Shown piece after piece: positions 29,411-40,151 of a DNA stretch of 47,712 bases. The DNA is taken from NCBI GenBank assembly GCA_963755715.1, contig CAVWLW010000008.1, positions 1 through 47,712 on the forward strand, written 5' to 3'. Each line of letters begins with the position of its first letter. The stretch's first letter is position 1. The position numbers were made by a program, and so were the translations under genes. The notes beneath the pieces were generated by a model, which was not told where the DNA came from, did not search any database, and saw only the letters and a list, made by a program, of their open reading frames with translations. The DNA comes from an uncultured delta proteobacterium (lineage in GTDB: Bacteria > Desulfobacterota > Binatia > UBA9968).

Positions 29411-30379
29411 CTAACGCAGGAACGTGTCTTCCTGCCGGAGTGTGTCTTGAGCATCGAGCAAAGCTTGAGGCGTCGGCCCCGCTTCGCCGATCAAGCCGAC
29501 TTGACGCAAAAATTGGCCGATCTGCGCGTGATCGCGCGGGCTCACGGGAGCGTAGGGCCGGCAAGGGTTGCCGATATCGACGCCGAAATGCTTCATTGCC
29601 GACTTCATCACCGGCGGCAAGCCATACGCAGCCCACTTGCCGGGAAACAGCGCGTAACAACGCGCCCAAAAACGAGCTCGCTCCAAATCCCCTGCTCTGA
29701 ACGCCTTGACGATCTGTGAGCCGATGCGCGTTCCCGGTGGCGGCATCGTCGCGCCCGAGCCGCCGAGCATCAAGGTAACCAAGAGGGGCTGCATCGTGGT
29801 GAAATAATGGCCGCGTCCCGCAAGGTCGATTTGTTCGATTAATCGGGATATTTTCGTTATATCTCTCGAGCTTTCCTTAAAGTAGCGAATGTTGTCGATC
29901 TCGCTAATTTTTACGAACGCGTCCTGGGGCGGATCGGCACCGGGCCCGGGATTGTGATAGCAGGTCACCGGCAGCGGGCTCGCTGAAGCAACCTGGGTGT
30001 AAAATTCCATCAATTCGGCGATCGTCGGCTGTCCACCCCACGGCCGCAGCGGCATCAACACTTGCACCAGATCGCCGCCGACCTTTGCCGAATACTCCGC
30101 CAAATCCAAAACCTCTTTCGGCGACGGGCTCGAGCAGCCGAGGATCACCGGCACGCGTTTGTTCACCATTTCAGTCGCGACTTTTAAAACTTCTTTGCGC
30201 TCGTCGCGCGTGAGCATGGTGTATTCGGCGGCTTCGACCGCGGCGATCGTAATCGCGTCGCAATCGGCGACGATGAAATCGATTTCTTTCTCCAATGCTT
30301 TGTAGTTGACCCGATCGCTGTCGTCGAACGGAGTCAGACAAGCGCCGATGATTCCTTTGATCGGTTTGGTGAGCGCCAT
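29411..30379 (-). CDS. DapA/NAL family class I aldolase-like protein
   Basis: LTPFDD..VNY, RVPVILG, YHNP, YFKESS Schiff-base Lys. Confidence 0.85.
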   Translation of the reverse strand: MALTKPIKGIIGACLTPFDDSDRVNYKALEKEIDFIVADCDAITIAAVEAAEYTMLTRDERKEVLKVATEMVNKRVPVILGCSSPSPKEVLDLAEYSAKVGGDLVQVLMPLRPWGGQPTIAELMEFYTQVASASPLPVTCYHNPGPGADPPQDAFVKISEIDNIRYFKESSRDITKISRLIEQIDLAGRGHYFTTMQPLLVTLMLGGSGATMPPPGTRIGSQIVKAFRAGDLERARFWARCYALFPGKWAAYGLPPVMKSAMKHFGVDIGNPCRPYAPVSPRDHAQIGQFLRQVGLIGEAGPTPQALLDAQDTLRQEDTFLR

Positions 30380-30383
30380 AGGA

Positions 30384-31040
30384 TCAGTTCAAGATCTCCG
30401 CGATGATGCGCGCGTGGCCGGCGTCGCTGCCTTTGATACGCAGCGGCAGCGCCATGATGCGCGTGCGCTTGCCGACGATGCTGCCGAGATTGGCGACGTT
30501 CTCGGCAATCAAGACTTCATTGCCCAGCAAGGTTTTGTGCACTGGAAAATCGAATCCCTTCGGTCTGAGCGGCGTCGGCAAATCCACCGTGATGCAGTCG
30601 ATGCCGAACAACTTGATGCCCTTTTGCACCATCCATTCCGCGGCGTCTACCGACAAATACGGATGAAGATTGTAGTCCGGGCTATCGAATTTATCGTCCC
30701 AGCCGGTGTAGAGCATCAGAATATCGCCGCGGTTGACCGGCACGCCGGAGGCCTCAAGATCTTTTGCCGTCACTTCTTCGCCGCCTTTTTTCTTAACACC
30801 GATAACCGCCCCGGGCCCTACGAATGCATCGAGCGGCAGCTGTTCGATGGACTTACCGTTGGGCACGATGTGAATCGGCGCGTCAACGTGGGTGCCGGCA
30901 TGACATGGCAGCGACAATTCGGTCACGTTTAACGGATGACCTTTTTCCAAACTCAAAAACTTTTGCACGTGAACTTCCGGCAAGATCGGGATCTTCGGCA
31001 TGCCGTCATAAATCAGCCGCGACAGATCGACCATTTCCAT
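30384..31040 (-). CDS. Cyclase family metallohydrolase (KynB-like)
   Basis: HAGTHVDAPIH, GDILMLYTGW, GIDC, ENVANL, ALPLRI. Confidence 0.9.
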   Translation of the reverse strand: MEMVDLSRLIYDGMPKIPILPEVHVQKFLSLEKGHPLNVTELSLPCHAGTHVDAPIHIVPNGKSIEQLPLDAFVGPGAVIGVKKKGGEEVTAKDLEASGVPVNRGDILMLYTGWDDKFDSPDYNLHPYLSVDAAEWMVQKGIKLFGIDCITVDLPTPLRPKGFDFPVHKTLLGNEVLIAENVANLGSIVGKRTRIMALPLRIKGSDAGHARIIAEILN

Positions 31041-31057
31041 GATTTGACAGCTCCTCG

Positions 31058-31799
31058 TTACTTATCGTTGCGCCAGCGCGCATAAATAGGGTCTTTGTCG
31101 ACGAACGCGCGTTTAATGCCGTCGAAAGCGAGCCAAAACTGATCGAGGGTTTTTTGCACCGAAGCGCGCACCGTAGTTTGCTGCGGCTCGCTCACGGCGT
31201 AACGCTCCACCGCGAGCGGCCCGACCTTCATATGTTCTTCGTCGACGCCCATGTGCAACGTCCAGTAGCGGATGTCTTCGGACTCGCGGTCGAAGCCGTA
31301 GTGTTTAGTCAAGCCGTTGACGATGCGCGTCATGCGCTCGTTGGCGGTCCCTTCGAGACAAAAACCTTGGCAGGCATAAAGTTCCAACCAGCTTCGCTGA
31401 TACATTAGTAGCTCGCGCCAGTCGAGAAACGCCTCGCGTCTCCGGCAACGGTTCGACGCGGTCCAATTCTTCCTTGCTGTAGCCGCACGCGCCGGCAAAA
31501 CGAATAAACAAAGCTTTGTGGCTATCGGTGCCGGTGATCTCGCCCGTCCCTTCTTCGACAACATTCTCGATCCACATTTTTTCCATCTCGGGATCGTCCG
31601 GGCAGCGGCTCAACATCGCCGCGATCGGCTTGGGAAACGGCTTGGGAAAAAAAAGATAAAACTGGCCGACGAAGCCTTTGAGCTGCTCGCGGTCGAGCTT
31701 GCCTTCCTCGATCATGCCGATGATCGGATGATTTTTGGAATGCTTCGCGCGCACCATGCGCTGAATTTCGGTGACAAAATCTTTGCTCGACACTATCAT
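31058..31799 (-). CDS. Heme-oxygenase-like diiron protein, TenA/PqqC/CADD family (frameshift near 31437)
   Basis: NHP, ENVVEEG...SH, LEG, YWTLHMGVDEEH metal-ligand pattern. Confidence 0.8.
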
Positions 31800-32123
31800 T
31801 TGGCGCGACTCCCCTGTTTTTACTCCCGTGTAGGAATTTTTGAACGCACCACCCCACGATTAGGAATCCGACCGGGTGTATTCTGCTAAATCATATGAAT
31901 TCTTACCACACGGAAAAATCAGAGAAAAGCCAATCAGGCCATTTTACCAGATCACACAGCGGGGAGTTTATATAAACCGAATGTTCCGTCTCATCGCTTA
32001 ATATCGCGAAAGAGTATGGCGGCTTTTACGGAAACGGATTCGCTGTGAACCCGAGAACCTCGACGTACCAACGGAGACTTTTCTCTACGTTAGCGACTTG
32101 CCGTTATTGAGCGGGCTACGTGG

Positions 32124-33043
32124 TTATCGGTATCCGGTCGCATCCGCTGGTTTGCCGGCATCCTGGACCTCAACAACGTAGCGCCAAGCATCGGGCTGGG
32201 ACCCATCCAAATCAGTGAAGCCATAGACCTTTGCGAGCTGGCCGCTCGAAAGCGACTGACCACTCCAGCGCGCCACATCGGAATCTCCAGCAAGATGCGC
32301 GACGGCACGGCCGACGTAGCGTGGCGTTTCGGTGATGACGAAGTGCGGTTGCTTCGCGATGGCGTCACGCCAATTTGCTTCGCTGACACCGTAGGCATCC
32401 AGCATCATCTCGGAACGCAGCCAGCCGGGAGTCAGGGCAACGGCGGTGCACTGATGGGGCCGAAGCTCTTGCGCCTGCGCCCAAGCCATGCGAATGACCG
32501 AGGTCTTGGCGAGATCATAGAACAGCGACAACCGGTAGTTTGCATTGTTGTATTCGGCAGTGCCGTCCGTCATCTCGACGACCAGTCCGCCCGGATTCTT
32601 GATCAAGAGGGGTAGTGCGAAGTGGCTGGTGATGATATGCGTGTCGATGGCGAGCCGCAGCATGCGCAGCCCCTTTTCCAGGGAGTGCTTCCACACCGGC
32701 ACGTTCCACTCGATCAAGAAGTCCGCTCCCCACACATCGTTGACCAGAACATCCAGGCGGCCTTGCTCGCGCTCGATGCGCGCCACCAGCGCTTGCACTT
32801 GCGCCGGGTCCAAATGATCGACTTGCACGGCGATGCCTTGGCCGCCCGCGTGTTGCACCAGCTCGGCCGTCTCTTCGATCGTTTCGGGACGGTTATACTC
32901 GGAACGTTGCGTGCGCGTGGTGCGGCCGGTGACAGTACACCGTGGCTCCAGCCGCGCCCAGTTCGACAGCGATGCCGCGGCCCGCGCCGCGCGTTGCCCC
33001 TGCGACCAACGCCACTTTGCCCTTTAAGGACTTGACTCATCAT
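32124..33043 (-). CDS. SDR family oxidoreductase (frameshifts at 5' end)
   Basis: LKGKVALVAGATRGAGRG across frames, LDVLVND, YDLAK, LTPGWLRSE. Confidence 0.85.
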
Positions 33044-33079
33044 CCAACTCTCTTTCGCTCGTTTTCGTCTAGAATTGAT

Positions 33080-33161
33080 GCCCAACGCGATGCCGCTGAG
33101 CCGTGATCAAGAACAGCGACGGTCTTAAATCATAATCATATCGGTTCTAGCGGGGTTAGCC
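33080..33161 (-). other. Integron attC site
   Basis: Minus strand R'' GGCTAAC, L'' GCTAGAACCG, L' CGGCTCAGC, R' GTTGGGC; lies between the DUF1272 stop and the SDR start. Confidence 0.72.
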
Positions 33162-33180
33162 GTCTTGGAATTTTCAGGCG

Positions 33181-33489
33181 CTAACGCTTCTGCGGCGGAA
33201 TATTCTTGATTGGAGCCGAGAATCTTGCATGCGCCGCGGGATCAACAGGCCTGTGCTTGATCTTAGTGCTCGCCGGATCCTTGCCGAGGAAATTGTCGCC
33301 TTTCCAATTATTCGATGGCCTGATAGGCCTGGGTACAAATCCACCGCCACAGTTAGGGCAAACGTTGCCTAGGACACTATCAACACACGTGACACAGAAC
33401 GTACACTCGTAAGTGCAAATGCGCGCTTCGAGTGAGTCCGGCGGCAGAGTCTTGTTGCAGTGTTCGCAGGTCGGACGGAGTTCGAGCAT
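33181..33489 (-). CDS. DUF1272 domain protein
   Basis: MLELRPTCEHC, ARICTYECTFC, CPNCGGGFVPRP. Confidence 0.92.
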   Translation of the reverse strand: MLELRPTCEHCNKTLPPDSLEARICTYECTFCVTCVDSVLGNVCPNCGGGFVPRPIRPSNNWKGDNFLGKDPASTKIKHRPVDPAAHARFSAPIKNIPPQKR

Positions 33490-33530
33490 CGTGTCTCTCT
33501 AGACGACAAAGCCATCGATGTCGTGTGCCG

Positions 33531-33937
33531 TCATAGTTGGTCTCTGTGTTCGCTTGGGGTCTCGCTCGTCACCGTGAAGGCCGTGGCCCGCTCCGGGTCG
33601 ATGGGCCGGATCTCGTAGAACAAGCCGCAGTTCAGACACGGATTTCCTGCGGCAATCTTCGCAGCTTCCTCGAGGCTGCCGGCCACGATGAACCAGTAGC
33701 CGCCGATGACTTCCTTGGCTTCGCCGAACGGGCCGTCCGTCACCACGTTTTTCCGTGAAACCGTTTTGCCCCCGTTCGCGAGCCGTTGTCCGGTTTTCAT
33801 CTTCCCCTCGGCGACGAGCCGATCCAGCCAGACGTAGAATTGGTCGATCGCGTTCTGTATTTCCTCCGCGCGATGTCCTTGTCCCATTGTCCGCGGGAAA
33901 TGACGAGGTATTCGGATGGTGAAACTTGTTCGTTCAT
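33531..33937 (-). CDS. YciI family protein (frameshift near 33868)
   Basis: VTDGPFGEAKEVIGGYW, EIRPI; N-terminus MNEQVSPSEYLVISRGQWD in the adjacent frame. Confidence 0.82.
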
Positions 33938-34025
33938 CGCTTGCTCCTACAGGTTCGGTATAGTGCGTCCGAGGCCTGAGCCACAGCCCCACCAAAGGCG
34001 AATGTGAAAGCGATAGCGAAGATCC

Positions 34026-34170
34026 CATTTTCGATTTTGGATACTTCGACTGGGCTCAGTACAGATTTTAGATTTCGATTGTCGGAAACAGAATCCCGCC
34101 ATCGCAGCCAACATCTTCTATTCATTCTCTTCGCCCCTAATCGAAAATCGGCAATCGAAAATCTAAAATG
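34026..34170. repeat. Large inverted repeat of AATCGAA/AATCTAA heptamers with a nested REP
   Basis: Left CATTTTCGATTTTGGAT...ATTTTAGATTTCGATT, right AATCGAAAATCGGCAATCGAAAATCTAAAATG; insert CTTCGACTGGGCTCAG. Confidence 0.7.
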
Positions 34171-35159
34171 TCACTTAATCACTTGATTCGCCCGCTCGAG
34201 CACGCGGCCTGGAATTGTCAGACCAATCTGTTTCGCCGCCTTAAGGTTGATGACGAATTCAAACTTCGTTGCCTGCTGCACCGGCAAATCAGCCGGTTTG
34301 GCGCCTTTCAAGATCTTGTCCACGTAAACAGCCGCGCGCCGATAGAGGTCATCGAAGTCCGCCCCGTAGGACATGAGACCGCCCTCATCGACAAACTCCT
34401 TCTGGGGTAAATAGCCGGCAACCGGTATTTGCCGGCAAGCTCGACGATCCGCTTTCTTTCGGCGAAAAAGGGGCGAGTGGGGATCGTCATAATCGCGCCC
34501 ACCTGCTTCTGCTTTGCGGTTTGAAAGGCGCTCTCTAAACCTTTGGCGTCGGCTTGAGTCTCGATCTCCTCCAATTTTAGCTTCAGTGCCACAGCCGCAG
34601 GCCTGAGCTCTTTCAGTTGGAGGTCTGCTAGTGCGCTGCTCCCGGCGGCCGCAGAAGTCCAACTCGGGCGAGCTTGGGGACTGCGTCCTTGAGTATCTCT
34701 AGCCTTTTGGTATTTAGCTCGATCCTAAACTCGAGAGCCCGGTGACATTGCCTCCCGGCCGCGCCAGACTGGCAACCAAACCTGCACCCACGGGGTCCCC
34801 AACGCTCGTCATCACGATGGGAATGGTAGTGGTTGCTCTCTTCGCCGCTAACGCCGCTGGTCCTCCCTGTGACCACGATCAGATCAACCTTAAGACGAAC
34901 CAGGTCCGCCGCAAGCTCAGGCAGGCGCTCAGTCCTTTTGCTCTGCAAACCGGTACTCGATAGTGATATTTTTTCCCTCGATCCAGCCAAGCTTGCTCAT
35001 CTCCTGCCGGAACGCGTCCACGAGGACCGCGCTACCGGAAGCAGTGCTATTATCCAGGAAACCTATGCGGAAGACTTTTCCTGTCTGCTGCGCGTGACTT
35101 GGATTAACGGCCGCCAGAAACAAGGCTGTAAGTACGAAGACAAGAAATTTGTTTCTCAC
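34171..35159 (-). pseudogene. ABC substrate-binding protein (putative Trp/Tyr-binding ABC_sub_bind family), multiply frameshifted
   Basis: RIGFL, GWIEGKNITIEYR, KRLEILK, GGLMSYG, YVDKILKGAKPADLPVQQATKFEFVINLKAAKQIG spread across frames. Confidence 0.8.
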
Positions 35160-35249
35160 GGGTCTTCCGATGCGCTGCAGCGCCCTCGACAGTGCGGACT
35201 GCCGCGATGAACTCCTGGATGTTTTCGACAATTGTATACTACACGGAAT

Positions 35250-35322
35250 CGAGATCCTTCACTTCGTCGTTCAGGATGACACCTGCTCTTGTGTCATTCC
35301 GAGGCGGAGCCGAGGAATCTCG
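35250..35322. repeat. REP-like doublet (TGTCAT...AATCT family)
   Basis: CGAGATCCTTCACTTCGTCGTTCAGGATGACA and inverted TGTCATTCCGAGGCGGAGCCGAGGAATCTCG. Confidence 0.7.
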
Positions 35323-35372
35323 CATTTGATCTAAGCGCTCAATCAACCGCAAACCCGTCATTGGCATCAGTG

Positions 35373-36482
35373 CTAATTCAATCCATAGAGCCGCGCGCAG
35401 TTGTCCCAGAGGATCTTCTTCCGGCTCTCATTCGAGACACCGTCCATCTCGAGAAACTCCTCTACTCCCTCCGGGAAATCGGAGTCGCCGTGCGGATAGT
35501 CGGTGGAGAAAACAATATTGTCGTCGCCGATCAGATCGATGATCATCGGCAGTTCTTTTTCGTGCTCCGTTGAAATCCAGCATTGCCGCTTGAAATACTC
35601 GCTCGGTTTCAACTTCCCCGCCGTTGGAAATCGCCCCTTCGCCATGGCGTTGTCCATGCGATGCAGCAGGAACGAAACCCAGCCGCAATAACATTCCAGG
35701 AACGCCAGCTTCAATTTCGGATGTCGCTCGCACACACCGCCGCCGATGGTGTCGGCCATGGCCATCATGTTTTCCATCGGATGCGAGACGACATGGCGCA
35801 GCAGCAAATTATCGCCGAAACGATCGCCGATCTGCGCCACTTCACCGGCCGCCGTCGCTGAGTGAAAGCCGAGCGGCACGCCAAGCTCTTCCAGCGCCGA
35901 CCATAGGCTGTCGAAGTAGCGCGAGTGCCACGGTAGATTGCGCAGCGGCTCGGGCCGGGCGAACGTCCCGATAAATCCCAACTTTCCGACCGCGCGTTGA
36001 GCTTCTTTGACCGCTTCATTGGGATCATGGAGCGGGAGCATCGCTACCCCTTTCAATCTTTTCGGATCGGTTTGGCAGAAGTCGTAAAGCCAATTGTTAT
36101 ATGCGCGCGCGATGGCTGCCGCCAGTTTGGGATCCATATCGTCGCGCATCATGATGCCGAGACCGATCGACGGATAGAGCGCCGCGACGTCCAATCCTTC
36201 CCGGTCCATCGCCTGCAATTGCGTCTTCGCGTCGAAACCACGCGCCCGGTAGTCGGCGATCTCTTCGTCGATGCGCGTCGCGTCGAATATGCCGCCACGA
36301 TAACTGGGTTTGTAGCCCTGGAGAATTTTGCCTTCGATCAGCACCATCGCCGAGCTGCGCGCGGTGGAGCTTAAGATTTTCGGCGCGCGTTCGCGCCACT
36401 CGGGCTCCATATATTTGTCCCACAGATCAGCGGGCTCGCGCAGATGCATATCGGAATCCATAATCTTGAAACCGGATTTCAC
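35373..36482 (-). CDS. Amidohydrolase family protein (amidohydro_2)
   Basis: DSDMH, ARAYNNWL, PLGFH, FLEC, FSTDYPHGD. Confidence 0.92.
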   Translation of the reverse strand: MKSGFKIMDSDMHLREPADLWDKYMEPEWRERAPKILSSTARSSAMVLIEGKILQGYKPSYRGGIFDATRIDEEIADYRARGFDAKTQLQAMDREGLDVAALYPSIGLGIMMRDDMDPKLAAAIARAYNNWLYDFCQTDPKRLKGVAMLPLHDPNEAVKEAQRAVGKLGFIGTFARPEPLRNLPWHSRYFDSLWSALEELGVPLGFHSATAAGEVAQIGDRFGDNLLLRHVVSHPMENMMAMADTIGGGVCERHPKLKLAFLECYCGWVSFLLHRMDNAMAKGRFPTAGKLKPSEYFKRQCWISTEHEKELPMIIDLIGDDNIVFSTDYPHGDSDFPEGVEEFLEMDGVSNESRKKILWDNCARLYGLN

Positions 36483-36668
36483 CGTGTAGTCTCCTGTCTT
36501 ATTGTTTTTTCTGCTTGTACCGAAAATTTATTTTCGACAGGAGTATCGCCAGAACGGCTGATAGTGTCAACCGAGGAATGAACTACGGGAAGCGGGAAAA
36601 CAGTTGCTACTCGTTGCAGCTTTTGGCTTTGAGACGACGCAAAATCAATCGCGTTGGCCAAAGAATTC

Positions 36669-36747
36669 CACCACGAAGAACACGAAGTTCACGAAGGGTT
36701 CAAAAACTATGATTCGTAACTTCGTGTTCTTCGTGAACTTCGTGGTG
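36669..36747. repeat. Palindromic CACGAAG-heptamer element, copy 1
   Basis: Three CACGAAG units, a spacer, then three CTTCGTG units. Confidence 0.8.
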
Positions 36748-36768
36748 AATAAAATCAATGGTCAGACG

Positions 36769-37703
36769 TTACATCAGTTCGCGCACCAACGATTTCGCGA
36801 CGTCGGGGGAAATTCCGAGCGGCCGGCGCGCAAGCGGTCCGCCTTCGTCAAGAATCGGCTCGAGTTGATCCAGCGCCGGAAGATCTTCTCGCTTCCAGAA
36901 AAGCCCGATGGGAATCTCATCACCCCACTCGTAGCTCTTCTGTATAGCCGCGGCGAAGTCGGTCGGATCATGCCCCATGTCTTCTAACTTTTTTGTCCGG
37001 TGTTTGAAAAACTCGTGGGTGTTGTCGAGATTGAAGGTCACGCACGGACTGAAGGCATCGATGAGCGCAAACCCCTTGTGTTGAATGCCGCCTTTGATGA
37101 GATCGACAAGATGTTTTACCTGTCCGGTATATCCCCGCGCCACATAGGTCGCCCCCGCAGCAATGGCGAGCGAAACAGGAAAGATAGGATTCTCCACGCT
37201 ACCGATAGGCGTGCTCTTGGTTTTCATCCCTTTAGTGCTGGTCGGGGAGATCTGTCCGGTTGTAAGTCCATAAATCTGATTGTTCATCACAATGTAGGTT
37301 AGATCGATGTTGCGTCGCATGGAGTGAACAAAATGGTTGCCGCCGATGCCGTAGCCGTCGCCGTCGCCCCCGGTAACGATGATCTTGAGCTCGTGATTGG
37401 CGAGCTGGGCGCCGGTCGCCACTGCCAAAGCGCGTCCATGCAACGTGTGCATACCGTAGGTACTAACATACCCAGGCAGGTTGGAAGAACAGCCGATGCC
37501 GCTGATGGTCATCACCTTATGAGGGTGCAGATTCAACTCCACTAGCGCCTGTTTCAATGCTGTAAGCACACCGAAGTCGCCGCAGCCCGGGCACCAGTCA
37601 GGATCTGCCTTTCCTTTAAAATCCTTGATCGTTAGCGGTATCTGAATGCGCGCGGCATGGATCGCGCTTTAGATTCGATTTCGACCGTAGATAATGTCAT
37701 CAT
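36769..37703 (-). CDS. korB: 2-oxoacid:ferredoxin oxidoreductase beta subunit (5' frameshift near 37650)
   Basis: DWCPGCGDFG upstream of the listed ORF, SGIGCS, LHGR, GGDGD TPP motif, YGLTTGQ, SPCVTF. Confidence 0.9.
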
Positions 37704-37737
37704 TCACTCCTTTATTCGTTACGCCTTGAGTTCGTTA

Positions 37738-37815
37738 ACCACGAAGCTCACGAAGGACATGAAGATTTCGGATAACAAATATTCCGAACTTCGTGATATT
37801 CGTGTCCTTCGTGGT
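37738..37815. repeat. Palindromic CACGAAG-heptamer element, copy 2
   Basis: ACCACGAAGCTCACGAAGGACATGAAG...CTTCGTGATATTCGTGTCCTTCGTGGT between korA and korB. Confidence 0.8.
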
Positions 37816-37853
37816 GAAGACTTTCCACGCTAAACGTAGAGTAAGTAACTTTT

Positions 37854-39645
37854 CTAAACCATAATCTCATGCACCGGCACATATTTCTGTGTCTGTGCCC
37901 GCCAAAATCTCCTTCACGCCATCGACAATATGATGCGGCATAAAGGGCTCGCCATCGTACTTGCGAATGTGACCGTCGGCGACGATGCTGGTTTCGGAGC
38001 GCAGGTAGCGCGCGAACTGTCCGCTGTAGTTATTCTCTACGATGATGAGCTTCTTACACTTGGAAACTATCGCCGTGATTGCTTCGCAATGGAGAGGAAC
38101 CATCCACTTGATCTGGAGATTATTGGCGGCAACCCCTTCTTCGTTTGCTAACTTTTGCATGGCTTCGCGAATGACCCCTTCCGTTGAGCCCCAACCCACC
38201 AAGGTCACCTGCGCGTCCTCTGGTCCGAACAGCCTAGGAGGCTTCAGGAGCGGCAGAATCGACTCCATCTTGCGCATGCGCTTTTCATGCATCGCGCGGC
38301 GCTTATGGGGGTTGGTGTATTCGTCGCTGATCAACACGCCATCCTCGTCATGTTCATCGGTCGCCACGACATGCGTGTATCCCGCCGTCCCTGGCAGCGC
38401 CCTAGGAGAGATACCGATATCCGTGAGCTGATAACGATTATAGCCGCCATTGACGGGCGGGACGCTACCGTTGAGGCCGATCACTTCTCCTCTGTCGATG
38501 GGAACGTTGAAGTCTAATTCCGCCGGATCCACACTGGAACGACCCTCGGAAAGCAAGAGATCTGAAATGACGATGCCCGGACACTGAAACTTATCCACGA
38601 GGTTAAAAAGCTCGGGCACTGTCTTGAAGCAATCCGGTATGTCGGTTGGCGCGACAATAATGCGTGGGTAGTCTCCTTGCCCTGCTCCCATCACCTGCCA
38701 GAGGTCGCCCTGTTCCGTCTTCGTCGGCACTCCCGTAGCCGGCCCCGCGCGCTGCACGTTGATGCACACCAGCGGGATTTCCATCATCGCAGCCGCGCCA
38801 AGCCCTTCGGTCATCAACGCAAAGCCACCTCCCGAAGTGGCGCACATCGCCCGGCATCCTGCATGGGCAGCGCCGATGACTACGTTGATAACTCCGATCT
38901 CGTCTTCAATCTGACGCACCATGATGCCCAACTGGCGCCCATGCCGGGCCATCCAGTGAAGTACACCGGATGCAGGGCTCATAGGATAGGCACAGTAAAA
39001 ACGCACACCCGCCGCCGCTCCTCCCATCGCCAGCGCCTGGTTGCCTTCGAAGAACGCCAGTTTTTTTCCGGTGTCGGGCAGCGAGAATGCGAACGGCTTG
39101 AAATGCGCCGCAGCGTAGTCGTAACCCGCGCGCGCCACGCCGACGTTTTCATCGATCACGGCTTGGCCTTTTCTTTTGAACTGTACGCTGAGGATGTCCT
39201 CAAGGATTTTGAATTCTACGCCGATGAGCTGCAGCACCGCCGCCAGCGCGATCGTATTCTGCACCAAGTCGCCTCTGACTTTCGGCGCCAGTTCCTTCAC
39301 TGAGAATGGACAGAGCTGCACGCCAGCTGTAGCTTCGCCGGGCTTGATCTTGTCACCGTTGTAAAGCACCGCCGAGCCCGATTTCATCAATCCCAGGTGA
39401 CGATTCATCGTGTCCTGATTGAGCGGAATCATGATGTCGAGCTTGTCGCCGAAGCTAAGCACCGGCTCGTCGCTGGTCCGGAGCGTGAGAAAAATGTGGC
39501 CGCCACGCACGATCGACTGATAGGCGTTGTAGGCATTCAGGTGCAGACCCCGGCGGACGAAGATGCGCGCCAGGATATCGCCGGGCGTCGCGATGCCCTG
39601 GCCGGCGGCGCCGCCGATTGCGATCGAGAGATCGACTTTTGCCAT
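37854..39645 (-). CDS. korA: 2-oxoacid:ferredoxin oxidoreductase alpha subunit (3' end frameshifted)
   Basis: GGAAGQG, YQSIVRGG, YPMSP, EDE, ATSGGGFALM, QRAGPATGVPTKTEQGD; alternate frame ends YVPVHEIMV*. Confidence 0.92.
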
Positions 39646-39659
39646 AACGACTCCTCTTT

Positions 39660-39977
39660 TCACTTTGCTGAAGTAAAACTTCCCGCCGGTACTTTGTCGA
39701 GAATCTTGTTCATCTCAGCGGCGGAGAATGCCCGCAGAGTTTGTGTGCGAATGTTGCCGAGCGAGCCCATGCTCGCGGCGAACGCCATGACGCTATCGTC
39801 GTCGGGCGCTTCCGCGATAAAGACCGCGTCGAACGCACCCATGGTCCAGTAAATGTCTTTGATTTTGACGCCGAGATTGGCCGCCGCGTTGATCAGCGCC
39901 TTTGCTCTTTCGGTGGTCTGGCGGATTTGCCGCACGCCCTGATCGGTATAGTTTACCAGTGCAATGTAGGTTGCCAT
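39660..39977 (-). CDS. GYD domain protein
   Basis: YIALVNYTDQG, YWTMGAFD, GNIRTQTLRAF. Confidence 0.88.
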   Translation of the reverse strand: MATYIALVNYTDQGVRQIRQTTERAKALINAAANLGVKIKDIYWTMGAFDAVFIAEAPDDDSVMAFAASMGSLGNIRTQTLRAFSAAEMNKILDKVPAGSFTSAK

Positions 39978-39999
39978 GCTAGCTCCACCTTCGCCCCGC

Positions 40000-40050
40000 A
40001 AAATAAAAAAGCCAGATCACTCTTGCTTTATGAGCAAGAACGCCTGGCTT
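40000..40050 (-). terminator. Intrinsic terminator inside the 5' leader of GYD-korA-korB
   Basis: AAGCCAGGCGUUCUUGCU-CAUAA-AGCAAGAGUGAUCUGGCUU followed by UUUUAUUUU, ending ~22 nt before the ATG. Confidence 0.75.
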
Positions 40051-40151
40051 GTTGCGATCGCCGCCCTCTTGAGAACCACAGTGTGCTCTTCGCTTTGAAG
40101 TCTCTAGCTGCTTCGCCGTCTCAAAGCTGAGGGAGTCCGGTTGTGTGAACG

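Noticed and set aside
31960-32000. Possible attI-like TTATATAAACCGAATGTTCC
   Set aside because: Core does not match GTTRRRY and no integrase is adjacent.
32066-32095. attC-like pair TACCAAC...GTTAGCG downstream of the SDR gene
   Set aside because: Only 30 bp with no L boxes, too short for a functional attC; at best a deleted remnant.
39978-40150. TPP riboswitch or ANTAR dual hairpin upstream of korAB
   Set aside because: TPP hallmark sequences (CUGAGA, ACCUGA) are absent, and two canonical ANTAR hexaloop hairpins are not evident; kept as an unknown leader.
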